Origin: Azolla caroliniana
Lineage: Eukaryota; Plantae; Polypodiophyta
DNA: 64,000 nucleotides
Direction of reading: 5' to 3'
Assembly: GCA_043228905.1 (NCBI GenBank)
Contig: JBHGNT010000011.1
Coordinates: forward strand, 18,414,001 to 18,478,000
A program made the translations under genes and the position numbers. The notes under the pieces were generated by a model that saw only the letters and a program-made list of their open reading frames with translations, did not search any database and was not told the DNA's origin. Of this stretch, positions 37,276 to 49,776 are shown one piece after another (the first letter of the stretch is position 1; each line of letters starts with the position of its first letter).

Positions 37276-37771
37276 AACGACGACTCGTAACACTCATCGT
37301 TTAAAGAGGGGGATAATGTCATGATATGGCTCCAAAAGGATTTGAACCCATAACATCGTGTTACATAGGTTGAACCCTTACCATTAAACTATGCATTGTA
37401 ATACAAAAAATATTATTTTCATTTATTATTTCACTATAGGAAATTCATGTGTAATCCAAATTACTCTGGAACATTCTAGAAACTTTAGGAGTACTCCTGA
37501 CATTACTATAAATAGAGGCACATGGCATTATTGAGAACCAATTCCATTCAACGCCAGTCTTAAACCTCCTAGTTGTTCTTGTATCCTTCTTCATATAATA
37601 TACTTCTTGTTGTCATCACTCTCTCTCTCTCTCTCCATTCTCTGTCTCCCCCCTTTCTCTTCTCCTCTCGTGACTCTCACACACTCTTAAATTCCCTTCT
37701 TAGTACTAATCCTCATTCTTCCCCTCTATCTTTAGTACTAATTCTCCTTGCCTCTAGTACTATCCCTGATA

Positions 37772-38352
37772 GTGGATGAATCCGACAATTCAGGAATGGA
37801 TAATATCCATGCTCCAACACTCCGGACTGTCCTCAAATAGGCCTCTAGGACTTTGAATACCTCAGGAGTTATGGAACGACAGTAAGCTGAATTACGACAA
37901 GCTGAGGATTTTCGAATGCGAGGCATATGCCCTCATACTGAAAGATGATCACCGAAAACTTCAACCGAGGTCCATGAAATGCATTTTCCTTGGTTATGGA
38001 CCAGATGGCAAGATCAGATACAAACTCTAGGACCCCGAGCACAAACAGATCATCCGAAGTTCGAACGTAGTGTTCAAAGAGTCAGATATGCATCAGACAG
38101 TTGAATGGCCTATTGAAGTCCGAAGGGTAACCTTTCTGAAGTGTCGGCACTTTGTGGCGGCCCAACCCATAACACGAGGTCAGCTTCACGGGTAGCCAAA
38201 TCCTCTAGCACCGTCTCAGCACAGCTGAATGATTCGGCTTTGGACCATCCGACTCAGACACCCGATGCGACTAGTACAGTCCTACCTCGAATATCCCAGA
38301 GACTGTCGTAGCCTCCGGAGAGGTATTCTCCTGGAGTCTTCTTCACAGACGT
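37772..38352 (+). pseudogene. Copia pol fragment 2: integrase end and linker
   Basis: Resumes after the TSD as MN(P)TIQE; AYALILKDDHRKLQPRSMKCIFLGYG motif. Confidence 0.8.
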
Positions 38353-38958
38353 TGTCGTGAAGAATTTCGGCCAGAGGCGGAAACCGGGAACATTGGCTAC
38401 ATCGGCGGGGTGCAGTGGATGAACGCACCCATGTACATTTAGTGTGAATATCGAGGGCGCCTTTATGGCGCCGAAGAGTAGTCAAGTTGGGGCAGACGAT
38501 CCCATGTAAGGCGGGATTTGTCCCACATTGTAACGCATCCCTTTCCTTGTTCTATAAAAGGAAGGGAACGCCCTTTGTGAAAGCGTTGCCCATTTTGCAT
38601 TAGAGGGTATACCGTTAGGTTTAGAGTTAGTTTCTTCTTCTTCTCCCCCCTTCGTGTTCGCTTAGGGTTTGCTGCAGCTCATCTCCTGTGCAAGATCCCG
38701 CTCGGTGCGACGGGCCCGAGAGCTCCCCGACGGCGGCTTGACAGCAGATGACTGTTGTGAGCTATCTTGGTCCGGCTCGAAGCCGGGAATGTATTCTTCT
38801 TTTATATATATATATATACGTTTGCGTCTATCTGTGTATATTCGCGTCCATGTTGGTGTCGGGTGTTTCCCCTTTTCCTGCGTTTCCTGTACATAAGGGC
38901 GTGAGTAGGGTCGGCATGTGTGTGTGTGTGTGCGTGTGTGTGCGTGAGTCGGTGTTAA

Positions 38959-38999
<41 letters not shown>

Positions 39000-41900
39000 T
39001 CGGTTGCTTCTGGGATGCCCCGGAAACGGTGAAGCATGACTTCCTACGCTCCGTCACTCCCTGGTCCAAGACCCCCGTGGTCCCGCCTTTCTCCACGCAC
39101 GCGCATAACAACGCAACATATTTGGTGAACCCGACGTGAAAGGCGGCAAGGGAGGATGGAGTCGGAAGACGACGACCTTGCAGAGATGGTGGCCGAAGTG
39201 GTGTTGGAGTCGGCACGAGTGGTGATGAGGCGAGAAGCAGCGCATCAAGCGGTTGAGCGAGTGGTCGAAAGAGTCGGCCATTTCAACGGGGACAAAGTCC
39301 CATCTTACTTGGAAGCCTACAACGCGGAAATGGAGGAGCGTGGCGTAGACGAGGCGTTGAGGCTGGAGTTCTTCTGCCGGGTCGTAGCTGTCCGGATGCA
39401 TGCGGAAGTAAAGGAGCTCCGTGAGGCTCATAGTTCGTGGGAGGCCTTCGAAGAGGCGCTCCTGAAGGCATAGGGAGGACGACGGAAGAGCCGGGGACGG
39501 CACGACTTCGACCAGTGGGTAGCATCGGCAAAGACCCACCGGGGCGCGACGAAGGCATTCCGAGAGTTCGAGCGACAGCTTGCTCAGCTCTCAGAGCGGG
39601 AACAAGGTTTGGTGGGGGCGGACAAGGTCCTATTGTTCGTCAGGTCGATCGACCGAGCGGACGGGAGGCCATCGGGATTGAGCTCGAAGACGATGACGGA
39701 GCGAATGGGCTTACGGAGGACTGGTTGAAGGTCGGAAGGGTGTGCAAACGGCTAGACAAAGAGCGAGCCGAGAAGGCTAAGAGGAAGGGACGCGACGGCG
39801 TGCCATCACAGCGGGAAGAGGCCGAACGACAAAGGGAGTTGGCAAGGATCGGCGTTGGGGCTAGGATTGCGGAGGCGTACGCAGCTCTCGAGGCGATGCT
39901 CGAGGAAGAGGAAAGATCAAGGCCGCAAGTCGAGACTGAGAAGACGGACTTGCCCCACGCAACGGCGGAAGATCGGTACCACGGTACCACGGGAGAGGGT
40001 GCGGAACGAAACGCCCTCTCGACTTGCGGAGATAAAACGGCCAAGGAAGAGGCCGAGATACTGATCGCGGAACCGGAACGTTGGGACCAGCGGTTTCGGG
40101 CGTGTCAGCCCGAGATCCCGGTCATTGGGGAAGCAAGCCTAGATGGGGCTTGCGCGATCGGTAAGAAGACGACCGCCGACCATGAAGAGTCTGTGGCTAC
40201 GGACAAGGGCGTAAAACGGACGGGCGATTCTTTGTGTCTTCCCACACTTGCTCCCGAGACGATGGCAGTTGGGCTCGAGTGCCCACGTGAGTCCCAAGCG
40301 GAGGACGGCGGCGAAAGGCCAAGAATCACCGGCGAGACGATACGAGGAAGGAGCGGACGAAAGCCCACGGACTCGATTCCAGAGAACTCGGCATTCGGGC
40401 CCGTATGGCCATGTAAGACCGAGGAGATGGATGGCGGTACCGAGGAGTCTTGGCACGATGCCAGCGAAGTCGGATGGGAAACGGCCTGCGAGGAGGCCGA
40501 GGACGGAAGCGGCACGAGGAGATCGGCATTCCGATACGGGTGGAGCATAATCCGGTCGTGGATCGTTCGATCGGGGCCGGATTCGGCATGAAAGTGCCGA
40601 AACGGAAGAGGGTGCGGGACGAGCCGCCCTCTTTTACATGGGGAGAAAGACCGACCAGGAGAAGGTCGAGATTTGGAAAGAGAATGAAAGCAGGTCCTAT
40701 GGGGATTCCTTACACCGAATCGGCTGCAGGCCCGAGTGCCGGCGTGAGTCCGACAAGAGAGATCGGTGACGACAGGAGAACGGGACTCGGCAATCCGGAG
40801 AAAAACGAACGAACCCGAGCGAGAACCGGGCGGAGCGGACTCCCGGATGACCATTCCGGGAGGGAGGAAGAGAGCAGGCCTACGAAGAGGCCGAGGACAC
40901 GGTACGACGGTACCACGGGAGAGGGTGCGGAGTAAACCGCCCTCTCGGCATGCGGAAAGGGACGACCCGGGACAGGGTCGGGGAGACAAATCGGAGGCCT
41001 ACGGAGGATCCTTCACACCGGTTCTAGAGACTTCGGCAGTCGGCAACGCGGTCGACGTAAGACCAAGATACTGACGGTGGCGGCGAGGTGACGAAGGCAA
41101 GGGCTACGGATGGGCGGTCTACGGAGGATCCTTCACACCGGTTCTACAGAATTCAGCAGTCGGCAACGCGGTTGACGTAAGACCAAGATACTGACGGTGG
41201 CGGCAAGGTGACGAATGCAATGGGCGTAAGGAAGTCCGGTCCTACGGGATCCCCCCACTGGTTCCGGAGACCCCGACTGTTTTGCCAACGTGGCAACGTA
41301 AGACCGAGGGAGAAGGAAGGTGGCGGCGGGAAACGGGACCCGGCTATGCGGAAGACACGAGGAGAGTCCGGGAGTGACTCAAAACAAAGGCTCCCAAATT
41401 ACGGCAAGCATAGAAACGGAGTCTGGTCCTATGGGACCCTCACACCGATCCGGCGACTCCGGCAGTTCGGCCAACGTGGCAACATGAGACCGAGAGAGAA
41501 GGTTGGTGGCGGCAGGGAACGGGACCCGACGACACGAGGTTTCGGAAGGAGCCGGTAGGGACAAACACGGGGAGGTGTGTCAGGCCGGAAGGGCACGCCT
41601 GGAACAGAACAAGAGTCTCGCAAATGGCCATCGCGGGCCGGATCGAAGCGTGACTACGAGACGGTGTTCGGCGCGGGCGGGGCCGAACGAAGGAAGCGGA
41701 AGACGGCACAAGGGAGGTGCCGGGAACGAGGTGACAAGTGCCTAGTGGACTACACCGAGTCGGGGTCAGGGGATGGCAAGAGAGACCGGAGGAGGATCCT
41801 CCACACTCGCTTCGTAGATCTCGGTAGCTCCGTCGAAGTAGCGAAGACTGACACGGCAAGCCGGGGTGACAAGCTGGTGGGGGCGAGGGGACGACGGCAA

Positions 41901-43378
41901 ACGGAAGACTCAGGACCTGTTGCAGTAGCACGAAGACGGGAAGGGCCATGCAGGCTACTACGAGGTGTTCCTCGGATGCAAAGGACACCAGTATGCGGGG
42001 AGCGACGATGCACGATCTGGCCGGAAAAGGGGCCGACAAGGCGTGCAATGAACCGAAGTGCGACACAGGCAGTACCAAACAACGGACGAGGGTATGTGGC
42101 ACACGGAGGTGCCAGAGCGGAAAGTCGAGCGCGGAGATAGGTTGCACGGTTCAGAGGTATCCTCCACACCGTTCCGGAGACCATGGCGGTTTGAGCCGAC
42201 GCGGCGATGTAAGACCATGGAGAAGGAAGGTGGCGGCGAGAGGACGAGGGCAACGCGAAACGACATGGGAAGGCAATCAGGACGACGCGATTGATCAACG
42301 GAGGCCAAGCGGGCCATTACGGGCATGCCTCGAGCGGAGGACATCGGGCCTACGGCGGGAAGCGAGGCGTTCATACGGCCGAACAAGGGCCAACGGAAGT
42401 ACGCGTACTATGGAGATCGCGGCAGAGGACCCATTGACGGGTCGAACGAGCCTACGGGGAGGCGAGCGCGAAGGAAGACTCGAAGCCGACGGATCAAACC
42501 GGCAGCGAGCCGAGATGCGGATCACGGGAGACCGGTTTCTCACCGGCCGAAATCTCTCACCCTTCAACCGGACTTGGCACATACCGGTGGATGTGCGGTT
42601 AGGTGGGGGCGGATGTCGTGAAGAATTTCGGCCAGAGGCGGAAACCGGGAACATTGGCTACATCGGCGGGGTGCAGTGGATGAACGCACCCATGTACATT
42701 TAGTGTGAATATCAAGGGCGCCTTTATGGCGCCGAAGAGTAGTCAAGTCGGGGCAGATGATCCCATGTAAGGCGGGATTTGTCCCAAATTGTAACGCATC
42801 CCTTTCCTTGTTCTATAAAAGGAAGGGAACGCCCTTTGTGAAAGCATTGCCCATTTTGCATTAGAGGGTATACCGTTAGGTTTAGAGTTAGTTTCCTCTT
42901 CTTCTCCCCCCTTCGTGTTCGCTTAGGGTTTGCTGCAACTCATCTCCTGTGCAAGACCCCGCTCAGCGCGACGGGACCGAGAGCTCCCCGACGGTGGCTT
43001 GACAGCAGACGACTGTTGTGAGCTATCTTGGTCCGGCTCGAAGCCGGGAATGTATTCTTCTTTTATATATATATATATACGTTTGCGTCTATCTGTGTAT
43101 ATTCGCGTCCATGTTGGTGTCGGGTGTTTCCCCTTTTCCTGCGTTTCCTGTACATAAGGGCGTGAGTAGGGTCGACATGTGTGTGTGTGTGCGTGTGTGT
43201 GCGTGAGTCAGTGTTAAGCGCGCGCTCTCTCTCTCTCTCTCTCTCCCTTCGGTTGCTTCCGGTGTGCTTCTGGGATGCCCCGGAAACGGTAAAGCACGAC
43301 TTCATACGCTCCGTCACTCCCTGGTCCAAGACCCCCGTGGTCCCGACTTTCTCCACGCACGCGCGTAACAACGCGACA
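38353..43378 (+). mobile_element. Element E: non-autonomous LTR element of the C/D group
   Basis: LTRs 38353-39118 and 42614-43378 starting TGTCGTGAAGA; tRNA-Trp PBS 39123-39140; TSD ACGT at 38349-38352 and 43379-43382; broken Gag N-terminus from 39156; no recognisable PR or RT. Confidence 0.92.
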
Positions 43379-43978
43379 ACGTCGGTGAACCGATGTCATA
43401 CGAAGAAGCATCAACATCAGTCGATTCAACCACATGGCATCTGGTGATGGAGTCAAAGATGAACTCCATTCGGCGAAACAAGACTTGGGACTTGGTCGAC
43501 TTATTGAAAAATCAACGTGCTCTTCCGTGTAAGTGGGTCTATAGAATCAAGGAGACGTTTGATTCGGCCAAGCCAAAATTCAAGGCCAGACTAGTAACAA
43601 AGGGTTTTCGACAATAATATGGTGTCGATTTCGACGAAATCTTTTCACCAGTGGTGAAAATGACCTAGAGGAGTTGATTCAGCTAGATGTAAAAACGACG
43701 TTCCTCCATGGTGACCTAGAGGAGGAAATCTATATGGAGCAGCCTAAAGGTTTTGTGGTATCTGGTCAGGAACATCTAGTCTACCGCCTCAAGAAGAGTC
43801 TAATAACGGCCTGAAGCAGGCACCGAGGCAATGGTACAAGAAGTTCGACGACTTCATCCAATCAATTAACTTCTCAAAGAGCGATGAGGACCATTGTCTC
43901 ATCACCAAAACAACTCAAGATGGGTCACCCATCTTCCTAATCAATTACATGGAAGACATGCTACTCTTAGGCTGGCAC
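43379..43978 (+). pseudogene. Copia pol fragment 3: reverse transcriptase N-terminal part
   Basis: NKTWDLVDL, ALPCKWVYRIK, FKARLVTKGF, QLDVKTTFLHGDLEEEIYMEQP, GLKQAPRQWY. Confidence 0.9.
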
Positions 43979-44003
43979 TGTCATGAAGAACACATGACCA
44001 TTA

Positions 44004-44071
44004 TGGCGTCACCCAGACTTGAACCTCGAACCTTGTAATTCATACTTGAAAACCTCAACCATTAAGATAGC
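44004..44071 (-). promoter_or_regulatory. tRNA-like Pol III A-box/B-box cassette in the B LTR (also about 49355-49422)
   Basis: Minus strand TATCTTAATGGTTGAG...AAGGTTCGAGGTTCAAGTC; the 3' LTR copy reads GGTTCAAGTCC. Confidence 0.55.
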
Positions 44072-44139
44072 TTATTGTTATATAAAACAATAAAAGCTAC
44101 TTCTTGTATTACATTGATTATTGTAAAAACTCTAGATTA

Positions 44140-44236
44140 TTCTAGAATGTTCTAGAATGTCCTAGAGCATTCTAGGTCTAGAACATTCTAGAACATTCTA
44201 GAAATCTCTAAGCTATTCTATAGGAACCTATAAATA
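44140..44236 (+). promoter_or_regulatory. Heat-shock element array plus TATA box in the B 5' LTR (repeated in the 3' LTR at about 49491-49587)
   Basis: TTCtaGAAtgTTCtaGAA 44140-44157; GAAcaTTCtaGAAcaTTCtaGAA 44181-44203; TATAAATA 44229-44236. Confidence 0.75.
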
Positions 44237-44434
44237 AGTGCATACATGTATTCTCAAATCAATTCGAATCAACACCAGTCTTTAGCTCTCATTACATATC
44301 TTGTATCCATTCTCTTTCTTTCTCTATCTTATACATCCATTCTTCTCTTAGTATTTGGTTCCTTTCTTCTCGTGTTCTCTAATATCCTTCTTCCATCACT
44401 CTATCTTTTATCCTTGGTTTTGACAGTTTGATTC

Positions 44435-44500
<66 letters not shown>

Positions 44501-44525
44501 CCTCCTTTGTAACCATCCTGAAACC

Positions 44526-45689
44526 ATGGCTGCCATTAACTCAGAAGAATATCTCACCCTTGTTGCAGAAATGGAGAACCTTAAATCCAAGTTCACATCT
44601 CTTGAAGTAGAGAATCAACGTCTACTAGGGGATCTACAAAAGGTTACTATAGAGAAGCAACAACAACAAGAGGAGTTCACGCGACGAGTGCAACAGTTAG
44701 AATCGACAATCGTCGTGTTACAACAACATAGGGTTGAAGGTCAGGGACTTATCAAGGAGCCCGAAATTAGCCTCCCCGCTAAATTTGATTGATCGAGGGC
44801 GCATTTCCGAGGTTTTTTGAATCAAGTACGGTTGGTGATTCAAATGCATCCCGCACGTTATCCAACAGATGCATCGCGAGTCGGGCTAGTGGGCACTTTA
44901 TTGACTGGCATAGCGTTGTCGTGGTTTGCTCCATTGCTAGAGACCAATTCTCCTCTACTGAATAATTTCGAGGAATTTATCAAGGAATTTAAGGCTTGTT
45001 TCGGAGATACTGATGGGGCGAGAACAGCTATCAACAAGATTCGTACACTTCGTCAAGGTGATCAACCAGCTTCAACATATGCTGCCAATTTCCGTCTCAT
45101 TGCAAGCAATATTCCTTGGGATGAACAAGCCCTAATGGAGCAATTCCATTCAGGCCTTCGTAGTGATGTCAAAGACTTACTTCTTACCTTCCCCGAGGAT
45201 CCAAGGTCACTTACAGAAGCTATTAGTCGAGCAATACGGTGTGATAATCGCCTTTTTGAGCGTCGATGTGAGCGACAACAACAAATAACAAGATCTAGAT
45301 TCACACCAACTTATGCATCAGTAACGGCGCAATCATCCCCAAGGCAAATGTATAGCCCTGCTCCAACTCCAAGGCAAACACGTAGTCCAGTCCCAATGGA
45401 TAGTCCTACACCCATGGAGATGGATATGACTCAACGACGAGGACCGTTGTCAGACGAAGAGAAGCAACGTCGTCGAGCAAACCATCTGTGCTTATATTGT
45501 GGAGGTCCAGGACATATAGCCATTCATTGCTCCCGTAGGCCGAGACGTAAGGTAAATCAAATTCACTATGACAATAAAAATGAGTCCAACATTTTAGAAG
45601 TAGTTAGTGAATCTAATATTATGAATAATCCACCCTTGTCCAATAAATTTGAAGTCCTAAGCCAATTAGAAGAGGAGTCAAACGAATAA
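44526..45689 (+). pseudogene. B gag (one internal stop near 44790)
   Basis: ORFs 44526-44792 and 44817-45689 are in frame; PTPMEMD motif and CLYCGGPGHIAIHC. Confidence 0.88.
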
Positions 45690-48600
45690 GTCCAACCAAA
45701 ATAGGCGCCATTTGGTTGGACAACCCTAGATATGTACAACCTAGTGTGGGTTCCATTTCTTCCAAGCATGTTAGTAGAGTCTTCTCAGCCCTAGTACAAG
45801 TTAGGACACCCAATTGTCAACTTCAAGTCCAAGCCCTCTTAGATACTAGAGCCAATTCTTGTTTCATGGATAGAGATTTTGCCCAAAAACACCAAATATC
45901 CTTGCATACACTTCCTTGTCCAGTTTCCGTAGTAGTGATTGATGGACGCCCCATAGCTTCCGGGAAGATATTTGAAGAGTCTGAGCCAATACACATACTC
46001 TTGGGTGATTTAGGATGTGTAGTTTCCTTTAACATAATCCGTAGTCCTGAGCATCCAATTGTCCTCGGTTTGCCATGGTTCGAGCTACATAACCCTAGAA
46101 TCGATTGGAGGAAGCGAGAAATTAGGTGCCCTTTAGCAGAAAATATCATTGTCAAGGATCGAACTTGGGATTATCCTCCCAAAGTATATAGTTCTACCGA
46201 TGCACCATATCCTTCTCATCAAATTTCAGCCATCACATTGCAATAATTGCACCAAGTGGGAGGCAAGGAGGACCTTTTCTTATTTGCAGTATCAGTGACA
46301 CCTTCTAGTGTCACTCAAGGGAATTCAGACATCCAAATTCCCAAAAAATATCAAGACTATGCTGATGTTTTCGACAAAGTCAAAGCTAGTGTTCTTCCAA
46401 AGCATCGGCCGTACGATTGTCCTATTGATCTCCAACCAGGAAAAGAGCCTCCGTGGGGTCCGATTTACAATTTATCACCCATTGAGCTTGAGGTTCTTCG
46501 AGAATACATCGAGGAAAATCTTGCACATGGGTTTATTCGACATTCAAAGTCTCCAGCTGGTGCTCCTATCTTTTTTGTGAAGAAAAAGGACGGTTCCCTT
46601 CGTTTGGTCGTGGACTATCGAGGCTTAAATAAAATCACCATAAGGAATAGGTATGCTTTACCTTTAATCTCCAATCTCTTAGAACGCATTGGTGGGGCAA
46701 AGCATTTTACCAAAATTGATCTAAGGGGTGCATATAATCTTGTTCGAATTCGGCCGGGAGATGAGTGGAAAACAGCATTTCGTATTCGGTATGGTCATTT
46801 CAATTATACATTCATGCCTTTCGGGCTCACAAATGCACCTGCCGTATTCCAACATATGGCAAATGACATCTTCCGGGATTTCTTGGATATTTTTCTAATC
46901 ATCTACCTAGATGATCTATTGATTTACTCTAAAACATAGGGGGAGCATGATATACATGTGTGGCAAGTACTTGAACGCCTAAGGAAGTATGGTCTTTACG
47001 CCAAACTTGAGAAATGCAGTTTTGATTGCAAACAAGTCGAATTTTTGGGATACACTATTTCATCCCAGGGTGTTTTCATGGACCCGGCAAAAGTCCAAAC
47101 AATATTGGAATGGAAACCCCCATGCTCAGTTCGGGATGTCCAGTGTTTCCTGGGATTTGCGAACTTCTATCGCAAATTCATACATAATTATTCAAGCATT
47201 GTGTTGCCCCTTACTCAACTCACCAAGAAAAATCAAGCATTTTTTTGGAGTATCGAAGCGGACAAGGCTTTTACGCAGCTGAAAGAGGCATTCACATCAG
47301 CACCCATCCTAGCACATATTGATCCTGAAAAGCCATTTACTATTGAGGCAGATGCATCAGACTTTGCATTGGGGAGTATCCTATCGCAACCAGGCAAGGA
47401 CGGGCAGATACATCCAGTCGCGTTTCACTCGAGAAAATTTACTATTTCGGAGATAAACTATGAGGTGCATGACAAGGAGTTACTAGTTGTGGTCGACTCA
47501 TTCGAGCAATGGCGTCATTTTCTAGAAGGATCACCTCATCATATTATCATTTATAGTGATCACAAAAATCGCACATATTTTCAAACAGCTCGAGTATTAA
47601 ATAGACGACAAGCTCGGTGGGCCCAATTTCTAACGCGTTTCGATTTCAAGATCATTTTTCGCCCCGGAAAACAACAAGGGAAAGCAGATGCTCTATCTCG
47701 GCGTTCGTATCTAGCACTTCGACCTGGAGATCCGACCTTTGACAATCAAAAGCAAACTCTCCTCGGGCCATCAAAGCTACAGGTAACAACAATTTATGCC
47801 ACACCACTTGATTCTACCCTTCTTGACACTATTCGGCAACAACTTCATTCGGATGATTTTGCTAAGGATGTCTTAGCCCACTGTGGTTCAAGTCGTCCAT
47901 CTTGCTCCACATTGCTAGGGTCATCTCAACATTATCAAGACTTCAAGTGGCAAGATGATTTACTCTTCTACAAGAATCTCCTTTACGTCCCCGATGGATC
48001 ACCCCGACTTCAAGTGTTGGAACATTGTCATGATGCCCCCATGGCTGGACATTTTGGTATTTCCAAGACCATTGAGCTGGTGAAACGTTCGTTTTGGTGG
48101 CCTCACTTGCAAAAATTTGTCGAAGATTATGTTCGCACTTGTGACACCTGTTGTCGCGCCAAAATACCCCAGCATCACCCTTATGGCTTACTTCAACCAT
48201 TACCCCCTCCCAACAAGCCATGGCAGTCTATTTCTATGGATTTCATTACGGATCTGCCACCTTCCAAAGGCTTTGATACTATTTTAACAGTAGTGGATCG
48301 GTTCACCAAGATGGCACATTTTGTACCATGTGTACAGACCATCAATAGTGAAGAAACTGCAGATCTCATTATGCGTGAAGTGTTTCGCCATCATGGTCTC
48401 CCGAATGATATTATTAGCGATCGAGGTCCTCAATTTATCTCACACTTTTGGAAGCACCTATGGGTAGGCCTCAAAATCTCTTGCAAACTCTCTTCGGCTT
48501 ATCATCCACAAACTGACGGACAAACAGAGCGCACAAATCAAACGCTCGAGCAATATCTTCGATGTTTCATTAGTTATCAACAAGATGATTGGAGTAAAAT

Positions 48601-49348
48601 TTTACATCTTGCCGAGTTTGCATACAACAACACAGTCCACTCTTCTACCAAAGTTACACCTTTCTTTGCCTACACCGGCAACCACCCTCGATGGTGTATA
48701 CTGGATCTTCCCGAGGTGTCACGAAACCCTAGTGCGGCGCATCACCTCCACCAACTACAACAAATCCAGTTCGAGTTATCGTCACATCTTCAGAAAGCGC
48801 AAGCACACCATAAGACCAATGTCGATTGACATCGTCTTAATTCTCCGTTTAAGGTTGGTGACCGTGTATGGTTGCTTCGTCGTCACATCAAGACTACTCG
48901 ACCGTGTGCTAAGCTTGACTATCAACGCTTAGGTCCTTTTGTCATCACGGCGTAGATTAATGATGCAACATTTCGTCTTAACCTTCCTGCACATATGCGG
49001 CTTCACCCTGTCTTTCATAGCTCTCTTTTGGAACCTTGCCACACCTCTTTAATTCCTAATCGTGTCGTGCCACCACCGCCTTCTATACAACTAGTGGACG
49101 GCCCCGAATATGAGGTAGCTGCTATTCTCGATTCTAAGATTGTGCGCAATCAGCTTTATTATCTAGTTGATTGGCTTGGTTATCCTCCGAGTGATCGCAC
49201 TTGGGAACCCATCGATAACGTTTGTAATGTTGAAGCTTTGGTCAACGACTTCCATCGTCACTATCCAAACAAGCCCAGCCCAACAATGTTAACGCCAACT
49301 TCCACTCGGCGTTCTCGAAGGAGGGATAGTGTCATGAAGAACACATGA
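45683..49348 (+). pseudogene. B pol (PR, RT, RH, IN, chromodomain), single frame with several stops
   Basis: [56 protein letters not shown]...YLVDWLGY...TWEP. Confidence 0.9.
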
Positions 49349-49776
49349 CCATTATGGCGTCACCCGGACTTGAACCTCGAACCTTGTAATTCATACTTGA
49401 AAACCTCAACCATTAAGATAGCTTACTGTTATATGAAACAATAAAAGCTACTTCTTGTATTACATTGATTATTGTAAAAACTCTAGATTATTCTAGAATG
49501 TTCTAGAATGTCCTAGAGCATTCTAGGTCTAGAACATTCTAGAACATTCTAGAAATCTCTAAGTTATTCTATAGGAACCTATAAATAAGCGCATACATGT
49601 ATTCTCAAATCAATTCGAATCAACACTAGTCTTTAGCTCTCATTACATATCTTGTATCCATTCTCTTTCTTTATCTATCTTATACATCCATTCTTCTCTT
49701 AGTATTTGGTTCCTTTCTTCTCGTGTTCTCTAATATCCTTCTTCCATCACTCTATCTTTTATCCTTGGTTCTGACA

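Larger units (their letters stand above)
9353..37771 (+). mobile_element. Element A: Ty3/gypsy chromovirus (Tcn1/Tf1-sushi-like), decayed, interrupted by C1, D and C2
   Basis: LTRs 9353-9793 and 37317-37771; TSD GCGGA/GTGGA; PPT 37303-37316. gag pieces 9874-10033, 17156-17823, 26127-26727 (CLYCGGPGHIGVNC); PR LFDSGA and RT 26724-28064; RH/IN/chromodomain 35187-37275. Confidence 0.92.
43979..49776 (+). mobile_element. Element B: full-length Ty3/gypsy chromovirus related to A, with premature stops
   Basis: 447-bp LTRs 43979-44425 and 49330-49776; perfect TSD GGCAC; PPT 49317-49329; gag, PR, RT (YLDD), RH, IN and chromodomain in order. Confidence 0.96.

Noticed and set aside
40995-41560. CRISPR-like repeat-spacer array
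   Set aside because: Long degenerate units without unique spacers, eukaryotic retroelement context, no cas genes.
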